A DNA stretch of 64,000 nucleotides, from NCBI RefSeq assembly GCF_009914755.1, contig NC_060931.1. One strand, 5' to 3'. The notes beneath the pieces are model-generated. The model did not search any database, was not told the DNA's origin, and saw nothing but the letters and a program-made list of their open reading frames with translations. A program made the position numbers and the translations under genes. The stretch is from the human T2T-CHM13v2.0 reference genome, Homo sapiens. This document shows positions 44,820-57,300 of the stretch, piece by piece (position 1 is the stretch's first letter; each line of letters starts with the position of its first letter).

Positions 44820-47290
44820 GTGAGTTTCCAGTCCTGAATAAGAAATCTTTGCCTGCCTGAAGGTCATGAAGATATTCTTGTGTATTCTTCTAGGAGCTTC
44901 ATGATTTTAGCTTCCACATTTGGGTCTATGATACATCTCAAATTAATATTTGTATAGTATGAGGTAGTAGGTTTCTGTTTTCATATGAATATTCAGACAC
45001 TGAGCGTCATTTATTGAAAAGACTCGCCTTTCCCAGTTAAATTCTTTTGGTGCCTTTGTGGAAAATTATGTTACCAATTGTGTGTGAATATACTTCTGGA
45101 TGCTAGTCCATTTACTTGGTCTGGTTATGCTTGTGCCAATACCACAGTGCTTTGATTACTGGAGCTTTGTAGCAAGTCTTTAAATCTAGTTATATAAGTC
45201 TTCTCCAGTTATGTTTCTCTTCCAAAGTGGACATATATCTCAATTTAATTAGTCTTTGTTGAATTTTCTCAGCCATATTTTATAGTTTTCAGTATAGCAG
45301 TCATGTAAATATTACATTAAATGTATTTATATTTATTTTATGTGATTTGATGCTACTGCACATGGTTTATTTTTGTGAATTTCATTTCTCAGTTTTTTTT
45401 TTTGACATACAGAAAGATGATTCATTTTTGTATATTGACCGTGAATTCAGGTGTTGAATTTTATACAGATTTTGTGGGGGGATGTACTCAGATAATTATA
45501 TAATTTCCTCCTCTATTCTGTGAAACATGTGGATTACATTATTTGATTTAATTATCAACTTTATTATAACATATAAAATAAATTATCCACTTGAAGCATA
45601 CAATTGGATAGGTTTGACAGATGTACATGCCAAAAAAACCCACACCATAGTCAAGATACAGAACATTTTCCAGTGATCTTTAAATGCACCTTTCTATCTG
45701 CCCTTGGCCACAGATAATCACTGATCTGCTTTTTATCAACATAAATCATTTTGCATTTTTCTAGAATTTTATATAAATAGAAACATACACTATGTGCTCT
45801 TTTATTCTGACTTCTTTCACTAAACATAATGCTTTGAGATTTATTCATGTTGTTGCATACTGTAATAGCTCATTCCTTTTCATCACTGAGTAGTATTCCA
45901 TTATATAAATATACCATTTTGCTTACCCATTAATCTGTTGATGGGCCTTTTGGTTTCTCCTAGTTTTTCTGTGGACTTTTATCAGCTTTACTGAGGCACA
46001 ACCAACAGGGTCATGACTAGGGTGAGGCAAGAAAGACTCCTAGGGAATAAATTGAAAACTTGAGGAGTCATTTTCAAGTCTGGGTCTGAGCACCTTCTTG
46101 AATTTTGGACCATAGGAGACTCTCTTGCTTCACCTTCATTCTGTCTCTGATGATTGATATTCAACAAATTATACATATTTCAAAGGCAAATTTGATAAGT
46201 TTTGACATATGTATGCACCCATGAAATGTCACCATAATTATGATGGAGAACATACCCATTGCCCCAGAAGTATTCTCATGCCCCATGTAATATCTCCCTC
46301 CTGGCCTTCCTTGCCATTTCTAGGCAATTATTAATTACATTCTTTCACTATAGAGTAGAGTCGTATGTAAATAAAATCATACAATATGTACTTTTTGTTG
46401 TTTGGCTACCTTTACTCATCATAATTATTTTGAGATTTAATCTAGGTTGTTATGTGTATCAATACTTCACTCCTTTTTATTGCTGATTATTTTGTTGAAT
46501 TGATATACCATAATGTGTTTATCCATTTGCCTGTTGATGGACATTTGTGTGGTTTCCAGTCTTAGCTATTGTAAAGAATGCTTTTATAAATATTTGTGAA
46601 TAAGTATTTTAATGGACATTTGCTTTCTTTTCTTTTGGGTAAATACCAGAAGTGTAATGGTTAGATCATATGTTGGTTTTATGTTTAGCTTCTTAAAAAC
46701 CAACAAATTGCTTCCCAAGTTGGTTGAACCATTTCATGTTGTCTCCAGCAATGTATGAGAGCTCTACTTCCTCCACATCCTTACCAACACTTGGTGTGGC
46801 CAGTCTTTTTAATCTTAGCTATTTTAATAGGTGTGTAGTAATGATAATTATGTTGTGGATAAATATAAGTTTATCAAAATTTAAAGCTTCTAGTTATCAA
46901 AAGACACCATTAAGAAAACAAAAAGGGAAGTCACAGAAGGGGAGAAAATATTCATATATCTGACAAAAAAAATTGTACAAACGATATATAAATCAATAAG
47001 GCAAAACAAATAAAATATGAGGATAAGACATGAAAAGGGAAATTACCAAAGAAGATATACAAATGGCCAATAAACCCAATAAATATGCTCATTATTAGCC
47101 ATCAGGGAAATAGAATTTAAAAGCTCAGTAAAATATAACTATAAACTCATTGGGATGGCTAAAATAATGCTGACAAAGTCAAGTGTTGGCAAGGATGTGA
47201 AACAATTAGAACTCACATAGGGTTGATCAGAGCAAAATGGAAGAGCTATTCTAGAAAACAGTTTTGCAAGCTCTTAAAAAGTTAAATACA
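44820..47290. mobile_element. Cluster of old L1ME-like fragments (antisense 44820-46840, sense 46860-47290)
   Basis: Degenerate L1 ORF2 and 3' UTR motifs. Confidence 0.7.
46006..46149. mobile_element. MER96-like palindromic hAT MITE
   Basis: Inverted arms 'cagggtcatgactagggtgaggcaag' and 'cttgcttcaccttcattctgtctctg'. Confidence 0.65.
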
Positions 47291-50200
47291 GGGAGACATT
47301 AAAGATGGCCAAATAGGAACAGCTCTGGTCTGCAGCTCCCAATAAGACCAACACAGAATTCAGGTGATTTCTGCATTTCCAACGGAGGTACACTGTTCAT
47401 CTCATTGGACTGATTAGGCAGTGGATGCAGCCCATGGAGGGCAAGCAGAAGCAGGGTGGGGTGTTGCCTCACCCAAGAAGTGCAAGGAGTAGGGAGCCTC
47501 CCTTTTCTAGCTGAGGGAAGCTGTGAGGGACTGTGCTATCCAGCCCAGATACTACGCTTTTCCCATGGTTTTTCCAATCAGCCGACCAGGAGATTCCCTC
47601 ATGTGCCTACACCATCTGGGGCCTGGGTTTCAAGCACAAAGCTGGGCGGCTGTTCAGGCAGACACTGAGCTAGCTGCTGGAGTTTTTTTTCGTACCCCAG
47701 TGATGCCTGGAACTCCAGCGAGACAGAGCCGTTCACTCCCCTGGAAAGGGGGCTGAAGCCACGGATTCAAGTGGTCTCACTCAGTGGGGCCCACTCCCAC
47801 AGAGCCCAGCAAGTTAGGAACCACTGGCTTGAAATTCTTGCTGCCAGCACAGAAGTCTGAAGCCGACCTGGGATGATTGAGCTTGGTGCGGGGAGGGGCG
47901 TCCATGATTATTGAGGCCTGAGTAGGCAGTTTTCCCCTGACAGAGCTAAAAAGGCCTGGAAGTTCTGACTGAGTGGAACTCAACATAGCGTGACAAAGTG
48001 GCTGTGGCCAGAATGACTTTATAGATCCCTCCTCACTGGGCAGGGTATATCTGAAAGAAAGGCAGCAGCTCCAGTCAGGGGCTTATAGATAACACTCCCA
48101 TATCACTGGGAAGAAAACCTGAGGGAAGGGGAGGTTGTGGGCACAGTTTCAGCAGACTCACATGTTCCTGCCTGCCAGCTCTGAAGAGAGCAGTGGATCC
48201 TGACAAGGAGGGTTCTACTAGCACAGTGCTCAAGCTCTGCCAAGGGACAGACTGCCTCCACAAGTGGGTCCCTGACCCCCATACCTCCTGACTGGAAGAG
48301 ACTTCCCTACAGCAGCTGACAGACACCTCATACAAGAGAGCTCCAGCTGGCATCAGGTCAGTGCCCCTCTGGGATGAAGCTTCCAGAGGAAGGAGCAAGC
48401 AGCAATCTTTGCTGTTCTGCAGGCTCTGCTGGTGATACCTAGGCAAATAGGATCTGGAGTGGACCTCCAGCAAACCGCAGCAGACCTGCAGAAAAGAGGA
48501 TTGACTGATAGAAGTAAAACTAACAAACAGAAAGCAATAACATCAATATCAACAAAAAGAACCCCCACACAGAAACCCCATTTAAAGGTCATCAGCCTCA
48601 AAGATCAAAGGTAGATAAATCCATGAAGATGAGAAAAAATCAGCATAAAAATGCTAAAAATTCCAAAAAACAGAATGCCTCTTCTCCTCCAAATGATTGC
48701 AACTCCTCTTCAGCAAGGGCACAAAACTGGATGGAGAATGAGCTTGACGAATTGATAGAAGTAGGCTCCAGTAGGTGGGTAATAACGAACTCCTCTGAGC
48801 TAAAGGAGCATGTTCTAACCCAGTGTGAGGAAGCTAAGAACCTTGAAAAAAGGTTACAGGAACTGCTAACTAGAATAACCAGTTTAGAGAAGAACATAAA
48901 TGACCTGATGGAGCTGAAAAACATAGCACAAGAACTTTGTGAAGCATACACAAGTATCAATAGCCAAATCGATTAAGTGAAAGAAAGGATATCAGAGATT
49001 AAAGATCAACTTACTGAAATAAGGTGAGAAGACAAGATTAGAGAAAAAAAGATAGAAAAGGAATGAACAAAGCCTCCAAGAAATATGGGACTATGTGAAA
49101 AGACCAAACCTATGTTTGATTGGCGTCCCTGAAAGTGACAGGAAGAATGGAACCAAATTGGAAAACATACTTCAGGATATTATCCAGGAGAATGTCCCCA
49201 ACCTAGCAAGACAGGCCAACATTCAAATTCAGGAAATACAGAGAACACCACTAAGATACTCCTCGAGAAGAGCAACCCCAAGACACATAATTGTCAAATT
49301 CTCCAAGGTTGAAATGAAAGAAAAAATATTAAGGGCAGCCAAAGAGAATGGTCAGGTTACCTACAAAAGGAAGCCCATCAGACTAACAGCAGATTTCTCT
49401 GCAGAAACTCTATAAGCCAGAAGACAAGGGGGCCAATATTTGACATTCTTAAAGAAAAGAATTTTCAACCCAGAATTTTAAATCCAGCCAAACTAAGTTT
49501 CATAAGTGAAGGAGAAATAAAATCCTTTACAGACAAGCAAATACTGAGGGATTTTGTCACCACCAAGGCTGCCTTACAAGAGCTCCTGAAGGAAGTACTA
49601 AATATGGAAAGGAAAAACCAGTACCAGCCACTACAAAAACACACCAAAATATAAAGAGCAACGACACTATGAAGCAACTGCATCAACTAATGTGCAAAAT
49701 AACCAGCTAGCATCATGATGACAGGATCAAATTCACACATAACAATATTAACCTTAAATGTAAATGGGCTAAATACCCCAATTAAAAGACACAGACTGGC
49801 AAGTTGGATAAAGAGTCAAAAATCCATTGGTGTGCTATATTCAGGAGACCCATCTCATGTACAAAGACACACACAGGCTCAAAATAAAGGGATGGAGGAA
49901 TATTTGCCAAGCAAATGAAAAGCAAACAAAAAATCAGGTGTTGCAATGCTAGCCTCTGATAAAACAGACTTTAAACCAACAAAGATCAAAAAAGACAAAA
50001 AAGGGGCATTACATAATGGTAAAGGGATCAATGCAACAAGAAGAGCTAACTATCCTAAATGTATATGCACCCAATACAGGAGGACCCGGATTCATAAAAC
50101 AAGTTCTTAGAGACCTACAAAGAGACTTAGAACACCCCACTGTCAACATTAGACAGATCAACGAGACAGAAAATTAACAAGGATATTTAGGACTTTAACT

Positions 50201-53200
50201 CAGCTCTGGATCAAGCTGACCTAATAGATATCTACAGAACTCTGCACCCCAAATCAACAGAATATACATTCTTCTCAGCACCACATAGCACTTATTCTAA
50301 AATCGACCACATAATTGGAAGTAAAACACTCCTCAGCAAATGCAAAAGAATGGAAATCATAACAAACAGCCTCTCAGACCACAGTGCAATCAAATTAGAA
50401 CTCAGGATTAAGAAACTCACTCAAAACTGCACAACTACATGGACACTGAACAGCCTGCTCTTGAATGACCAAGGGGTAAATAATGAAATTAAGGCGGAAA
50501 TAATGAAGTTCTTTGAAACCAATGAGAACAAAGAGACAACGTACCAGAATCTCTGGGGCACTGCTAAAGCAGTGTTTAGAGGGAAATTTATAGCACTAAA
50601 TACCCACATCAGAAAATGGGAAAGATCTAAAATCAACACCCTAACATCACAATTAAAATAATTAGAGAAGCAAGAGGAAACAAATTCAAAAGCTAGCAAA
50701 AAACAAGAAATAACTAAGATCAGAGCAGAACTGAAAGAGAGAGAGACATGAAAAACCCTTAAACAAAATCAGTGAATCCAGGAGCTGGTTTTTTGAAAAG
50801 ATTAACAAAATAGATAGACTGCTAGCCAGGCTAATACAGAAGAAAAAAGAGAAGAATCAAATTGACACAATAAAAAATGATAAAGGGGATATCACCACTG
50901 ATCCCACAGAAATACAAACTACCATCAGAGAATACTATAAACACCTCTATGCAAATAAACTAAAAAATCTGGAAGAAATGGATAAATTCCTGGACACATA
51001 CACACCCTCCCAAGACTAAACCAGGAAGAAGTCGAATCCCTGAATAGGCCAATAGCAAGTTCTGAAACTGAGGCAGTAATTAATAGCCTGCCAACCAAAA
51101 AACGCTCAGGACCAGACAGATTTGCAGCTGAATTCTACCAGAGGTACAAAGAGGAGCTGGTACCATTCCTTCTGAAGCTATTCCAAAAAATAGAAAAACA
51201 GGGACTCCTCCCTAACTCATTTTATGAGGCCAGCATTATCCTGATTCCAAAACCTGGTAGAGACACAATAAAAAAAGAAAATTTCAGGCCAATATCCTTG
51301 ATGAACATCCATGCAAAAATCCTCAATAAAATACTGGCAAATTGAATTCTGCAGCACATCAAAAAGCTTATCCACCACTTTCAAGCTGGTTTCATCCCTG
51401 GGATGCAAGGCTGGTTCAACATATGCAAATCAATAAACGTAACAGAAACAGAACCATCCCATCACATAAACAGAACCAACGACAAAAACCACAGGATTAT
51501 CTCAATAGACGCAGAAAAGGCCTTCGATAAAATTCAACACCCCTTCATGCTAAAAACTCTCAATAAACTAGGTATTGATGGAACATATCTCAAAATAATA
51601 AAAGCTATTTATGACAAATCAATAGTCAATATCATACTGAATGTGCAAAAGCTGGAAGCGTTCCCTTTGAAAACTGGCAGAAGACAAGGATGCGCTCTCT
51701 CACCACTCCTATTCAACATAGTATTGGAAGTTCTGGCCACAGCAATCAGGCAAGAGAAAGAAATAAAGCGTATTCAAATAGGCAGAGAGGAAGTCAAATT
51801 GCCTGTCTTGGCAGATGACATGATTGTATATTTAGAAAACCCCATCATCTCACCCCAAAAACTCCTTAAGCTGATAAAGAACTTCAGCAAAGTCTCAGGG
51901 TACAAAATCAATGTGCAAAAATCACAAGCATTCATATACACCAATAATAGACAAGCAGAGAGCCAAACCATGAGTGAACTCCCATTCATAATTGCTACAA
52001 AGAAAATAAAATACCTAGGAATAAAACTTACAAGGGATGTGAAGGACCTCTTCAAGAAGAACTACAAACCACTGCTCAAGGAAATAAGAGAGGACACAAA
52101 CAAATGGAAAAACATTCCATGCTCATGGATAGGAAGAATCAATGTCGTGAAAATGGCCATACTGCCCAAAGTAATTTATAGATTCAATATTATTCCCATC
52201 AAGCTACCATTGACTTTCTTCACAGAACTAGAAATAACTACTTTAAATTTCATATGGAACCAAAAAAGAGCCCGTATAGTCAAGACAATCCTAAGCAAAA
52301 AAAGAAAAAAAAACAAAGCTGGAGGCATCACGCTACCTGACTTCAAACTACACTGCAAGGAAACAGCATGGTACTGGTACCAAAACAAACATATAGACCA
52401 ATGGAACAGAACAGAGGCCTCAGGAACAACACCATACATCTACAACCATCTGATCTTTGACAAACCTGACAAAAACAGGCAATGGGGAAAGGATTCCCTA
52501 TTTAATAAATGGTGCTGGAAAAACTGGGTAACCATATGCAGAAAACAGAAACTGGACCCCTTCCTTACACATTATACAAAAATCAACTCAAGATGAATTA
52601 AAGACTTAAATGTAAAACCTAAAACCAAAAAAACTCTAGTAGAAGACCTAGACAATGCCATTCAGGACATACGCATGGGCAAAGACTTCATGACTAAAAC
52701 ACCAAAAGCCATTGCAACAAAAGCCAAAATTGACAAATAGGATCTAATTAAACGAAAGAGCTTCTGCTCAGCAAAAGAAACTGTCATCAGAGTGAACAGG
52801 CAACCTACAGAATGGGAGAAAATTTTTTCAATCTATCCATCTGATACAGGTTTAATGTCCAGAAACTACCAGGAACTTAAACAAATTTACAAGAAAAAAA
52901 CAACTCCATCAAAAAGTGGGCAAAGGATATGAAGAGACACTTCTCAAAAGAAGACATTTACGCAGCCAACAAACATTTGATAAAAAGCTCATCATCGTTG
53001 ATCATTAGAGAAATACAAATCAAAACCACAATGAGATATCATCTCATGCCAGTTAGAATGGCAATCATTAAAAAGTCTGGAAACAACAGATGCTGGCGAG
53101 GATGTGGAGAAATAGGAATGTTTTTACACTGTTGGTGGGAGTGTAAATTAGTTCAACCATTATGGAAGACAGTGTGGCAATTCCTCAAGGGTCTAGAACC

Positions 53201-53781
53201 AGAAATATCATTTGACCCAGAAATCCCATTACTGGGTATATACCCAAAGGATTATAAAGCATTCTACTATAAAGATATATGCACACATATGTTTATTGCA
53301 GCACTATTTACAATAGCAAAGACTTGGAACCAACCCAAATGTCCATCAATGATAGACTGGATAAGGAAAATATGGCACATATACACCATGGAATACTCTG
53401 CAGCCATAAAAAAGAATGTATTCATGTCCTTTGCAGGGACATGGATGAAGCTGGAAACCATCATGCTCAGCAAACTAACACAGGAACAGAAAACCAAACA
53501 CCGCATATTCTCACTCATAAGTGGGAGTTGAACAATGAGAACACGTGGACACAGGGAGGGGAACATCACACACCGGGGGCTGTGGGCGGCGGGGGGGCAA
53601 GGGGAGGGAGAGCATTAGGACAAATACCTAATGCATGCAGGGCTTAAAACCTAGATGACAGGTTGATAGGTGCAGCAAACCACCATGGCACATGTATGCC
53701 TATGTAACAAACCTGCACGTTCAGCACATGTATCCCGGAACTTAAAGTAAAAAAAAAAAAAAAGTAAAAAAAAAAAAAAAA
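47291..53781 (+). mobile_element. Full-length L1PA8-like LINE-1, defective
   Basis: 5' 'aagatggccaaataggaacagctctggtctgcagc'; ORF1 from 48623 disrupted; ORF2 from 49715 disrupted; L1PA8-type 3' end 'ggacaaatacctaatgcatgcagggcttaaaacctagatgac'; poly(A) at 53749-53781. Confidence 0.93.
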
Positions 53782-54369
53782 GATATGTAAATGTCAAATA
53801 AGCTCATGAAAAGATGCATTCAAGAAATGCAAATTAAAACCAAATGAGACACCAGTAAACACCTATTAGAATGTCTGTAGTTAAAGGACTGAACATACCA
53901 GTTAATGATGAGTATGTGAAAAAACTGGGACTCTCATGCATTGCCACATCAATGTAAAATATTGCAACCACTCTGGGGAGCAGTTTACCAGTTGCATAAA
54001 AAGTTAAACATACAACTACCATATGACCTTGCCATTTCACTCTAAGGTTTTTACCAAGGCACAATGAAACTGTATGATCATACAAATCCTTGCACAAAAA
54101 TATTCTTAGCAGTTTTATTTTTAATAGCCCAAACCTGAAACAACCACACATCCATTAACAGGTGAGTATATAAACAAATTGTGGCACATTTATTACAATG
54201 GAATAATACTCATCCATAAAAGCAATAAATTAATGATAGATGCAAAAGCATAGATGAATCTCAAAAACATTATGTTGAGTGAAAAATGATTAATGATATA
54301 ATGCAAAAAAATGTTTTTCAGTTCTGAAAGACATAAGTCACCATTAATGAACAATAAACAAACAAACAA
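53782..54369 (+). other. 3'-transduced segment (old L1ME-like sequence) with a second A-rich tail
   Basis: Lies between the L1PA8 poly(A) and the right TSD copy 'aaaaagttaaatacag' (54370-54385), which is identical to 47276-47291. Confidence 0.8.
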
Positions 54370-54394
54370 AAAAAGTTAAATACAGATAATTACC

Positions 54395-57300
54395 AGAGCT
54401 TGAAAATAAGCATTCCCACAATTACAACAAGAAAAAGTTGGACAAACTGAAATCTGTGACTTTTCTTGAACCCATCATATAACTGAGTTAACAGGATAAA
54501 CTACCACCTTAAAATCCAGACAGACAGGTACATCCAGAGAAATACAAGATCAAAGATTGCTTACTTGGAACAGAAGCTCCCAAAATGTATAATCTGGTGG
54601 CAACATTTAAATGGTCATTTTCATAGAGTTGGGAGGCTGAATACAGAGTTGGTGAGTAAGGAGCCCTAAGGGTCTAAGACAGATGGAGATATCCACATGT
54701 ACATGGGCTTTAGCTCAGTAACCTCACCAGATTCTCATTGTGAAGATATGAGAAATATCCTTCTTGGACCTGGAAGGACTCAATGTCAGTAGACTTATCC
54801 TATAAGAAATGTTAAAAGAACTTTGGGCCAAAGAGAAATAATATGCCAGAAACTTCGGTCCATACCAAAAAGGAAGAACATCAGAAAAGGAATAAATAAA
54901 GGTAAAATAAAATATTTTAGTTTTCTTATTTTTAATGGACATAAAATAACTTCGTTTAAATTAATAATAGGAAAAATCTAATGGAAGGTCATAGCATATA
55001 GATAAGAGAAATGAATGAGCACAGTATCACAAAAGATGGAAGAAAGATCCCAGATGTGGTGTAAAGTTACTGGAGGTGGAAGTAAATTATTTAAAAATGC
55101 ACATCGTAACACCTGCAGCAACCACTAAAAAGTTTTAAATGGAAGTTTAAATGATATGCCAAAGAAGAGATAAAGTGGAATAATATAAAATATTCAATTG
55201 AAGCAAGAAAAGATAGAAAAAAGGGAAGAAGAAGAGAAACAAACAAAAAAAGAAACGAGAAAAAAGCCATTATAAAGATTGTATATTTTAGCCCAACTAT
55301 ACCAAAAATACTTGAAATGTGAATGGTGTAAATACAGCAGTTAAAAGACAGATTTTATTGAATTGGAATATTAAGACTCAGATAGGTATGCTATCCTAAA
55401 AGTAATCAAAAGAAAGCTCGATTACCTATATTAATTTCAGACAAAGCAGACTACAGAACAGGAATATCATCAGGGATAAAGAGTGACATTACACAAACAG
55501 GAAGACAATTCTCCAAGAAGACCTAAATGTTTATGCACCTAACAACACAGCATCAAAATACATAAGACAAAGGTGATAGAACTGAAAGGAGAAATCATAT
55601 TTTAGTTGGAGACCTCAATATCTCTATACCAGTAGGTGATATAGTAAGCACACAGAAAATCAGTGCGGGCATTGTGGAACATAACAGCATCATTGATCAA
55701 CTGGTTCTAATTGACATCTATAGACGACTTCATCCAACAACAGCAGAATACATATTCTCCTCAAGCTCACATGGAACATTCACCAAGACAGATCCCACTC
55801 TGGGCAATAAAACACACCTTAACATATTTCAAGGGATAGATATCATACAAAGTATATTTTCAGATTGCAGACAAACTGAACTAGAATAACAGAAAACTAG
55901 TTGAAAAATGTCCAAATATTTGGTAGTTCGACAACACACCTTTAAAACCCATGGGTCAAAACAGAAGTCTCAAAATAAATTAAAATGTATTTTTTTTGTA
56001 ATATTTTTATCTAGTTTTGGCATTTGGTATTAGCGTAGTGCTGCCCTTATAAATGAGTTGGCAAATGTTTCTGAATCTCTTTTGGGGAAGAGATTTCTGG
56101 AAAATTCAATGAAATTTGAATTTTGTGGGGTGCAACTAAAGTGACTGGTATAAATCTATAGCATTAAGCTGCATATATTGGAAATGAAAAAGATCCAAAA
56201 TCAATAATCTAAACTTCCACCTTAGGAAACTAGAGTAAGAAGAGCAAATTAGACCTAAAGCAAGCAGGAGAAAGGAAATTATAATTATTAGACCATAAAT
56301 AAACAAAATTGAGAACAGGAAAACAATAAATAAAATCAAAAGTTGGCTTTTTGCAAAGATCAATAAAATTGACAAATCTCTAGCTAAGCTAACCAAGAAA
56401 AAATGAGGGAAGACACAAGTTGTCAATATAAGGAATGAAAACGATATGTATCAGCACTACTGATCCTGTGGGTCTTAAAAGGGTAATAAAGGAATACGAT
56501 GAACAACTCAGTCCCCGTGTATTTGGTAACTAAACGACATAAAGCAATTTCTTGAAAGACACAAACTACCAAAATTCACTCAAGGATAAATAGATAACCT
56601 TAAGTTCAATTTATCTATTCAACACAGTCCCATTAAAAATCCCAGCAACCTTTTTTGTACATATCAAATAACTGATTCTAAAATTTATGTGGAGAGGCGA
56701 GAGACCTAGAATTCCACCGTAATTGTAAATAAGAAGAATAAAGTTGGAAGATATTCATCTTACTCAATTTTAAGACTTATTATAAAGTAACAGTAATCAA
56801 TACTATTTGGTATTGGAGGAAAAATAGACACATTGATCAATGAAAGAGAATAGAGAACAGCAATACAGACTTGCAATGGGGTTACTTCCTGATAAACCCA
56901 TCATAAGTTGAAAATATTGTAAGTTGAAAATGTATTGAATACACCTAACTTATTCAACATCATAGGTTAGCCTAGCCTAGTTTACCATAAACGTGTTCAG
57001 AACACTTACTTTAGCCCACAGTAGGGCAAAATCATCAGTACTCTGATGATCAGTACTCAAAAACACAGGACTCTGCAGAGTGTCACTTGTTTACCCTCAT
57101 GACTGCATGGCTGACTGGGAGCTGTTGTTTGCTGTCGCTGCCCAGCATCACAAGAGAGTGTGGCACAGTGTATTGCTAGCCCAGGAAAAGATCAAAATTC
57201 GAAACTGAAAGTATGGTTTCTACTGAACGTGTATAGCTTTCACGTCATCATAAAGTAAATAAATCCTAAGTCCAGCCATTTTAAGTTGTCTGTAGTGTGA

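Noticed and set aside
46160-47290. Opposite-orientation L1ME pieces as a twin-priming inversion
   Set aside because: Both pieces cover overlapping L1 coordinates, so they are separate insertions.
51403-52596. 397-aa RT-like ORF, the longest in the track
   Set aside because: It is a fragment of disrupted L1PA8 ORF2 (FADD changed to LADD, flanking stops and frameshifts), not a gene.
53996-54016. 'aaaaagttaaacatac' as the right-hand TSD of the L1PA8
   Set aside because: It mismatches the left copy and has no preceding tail. It is the homologous position of the L1ME-like cargo; the exact copy is at 54370-54385.
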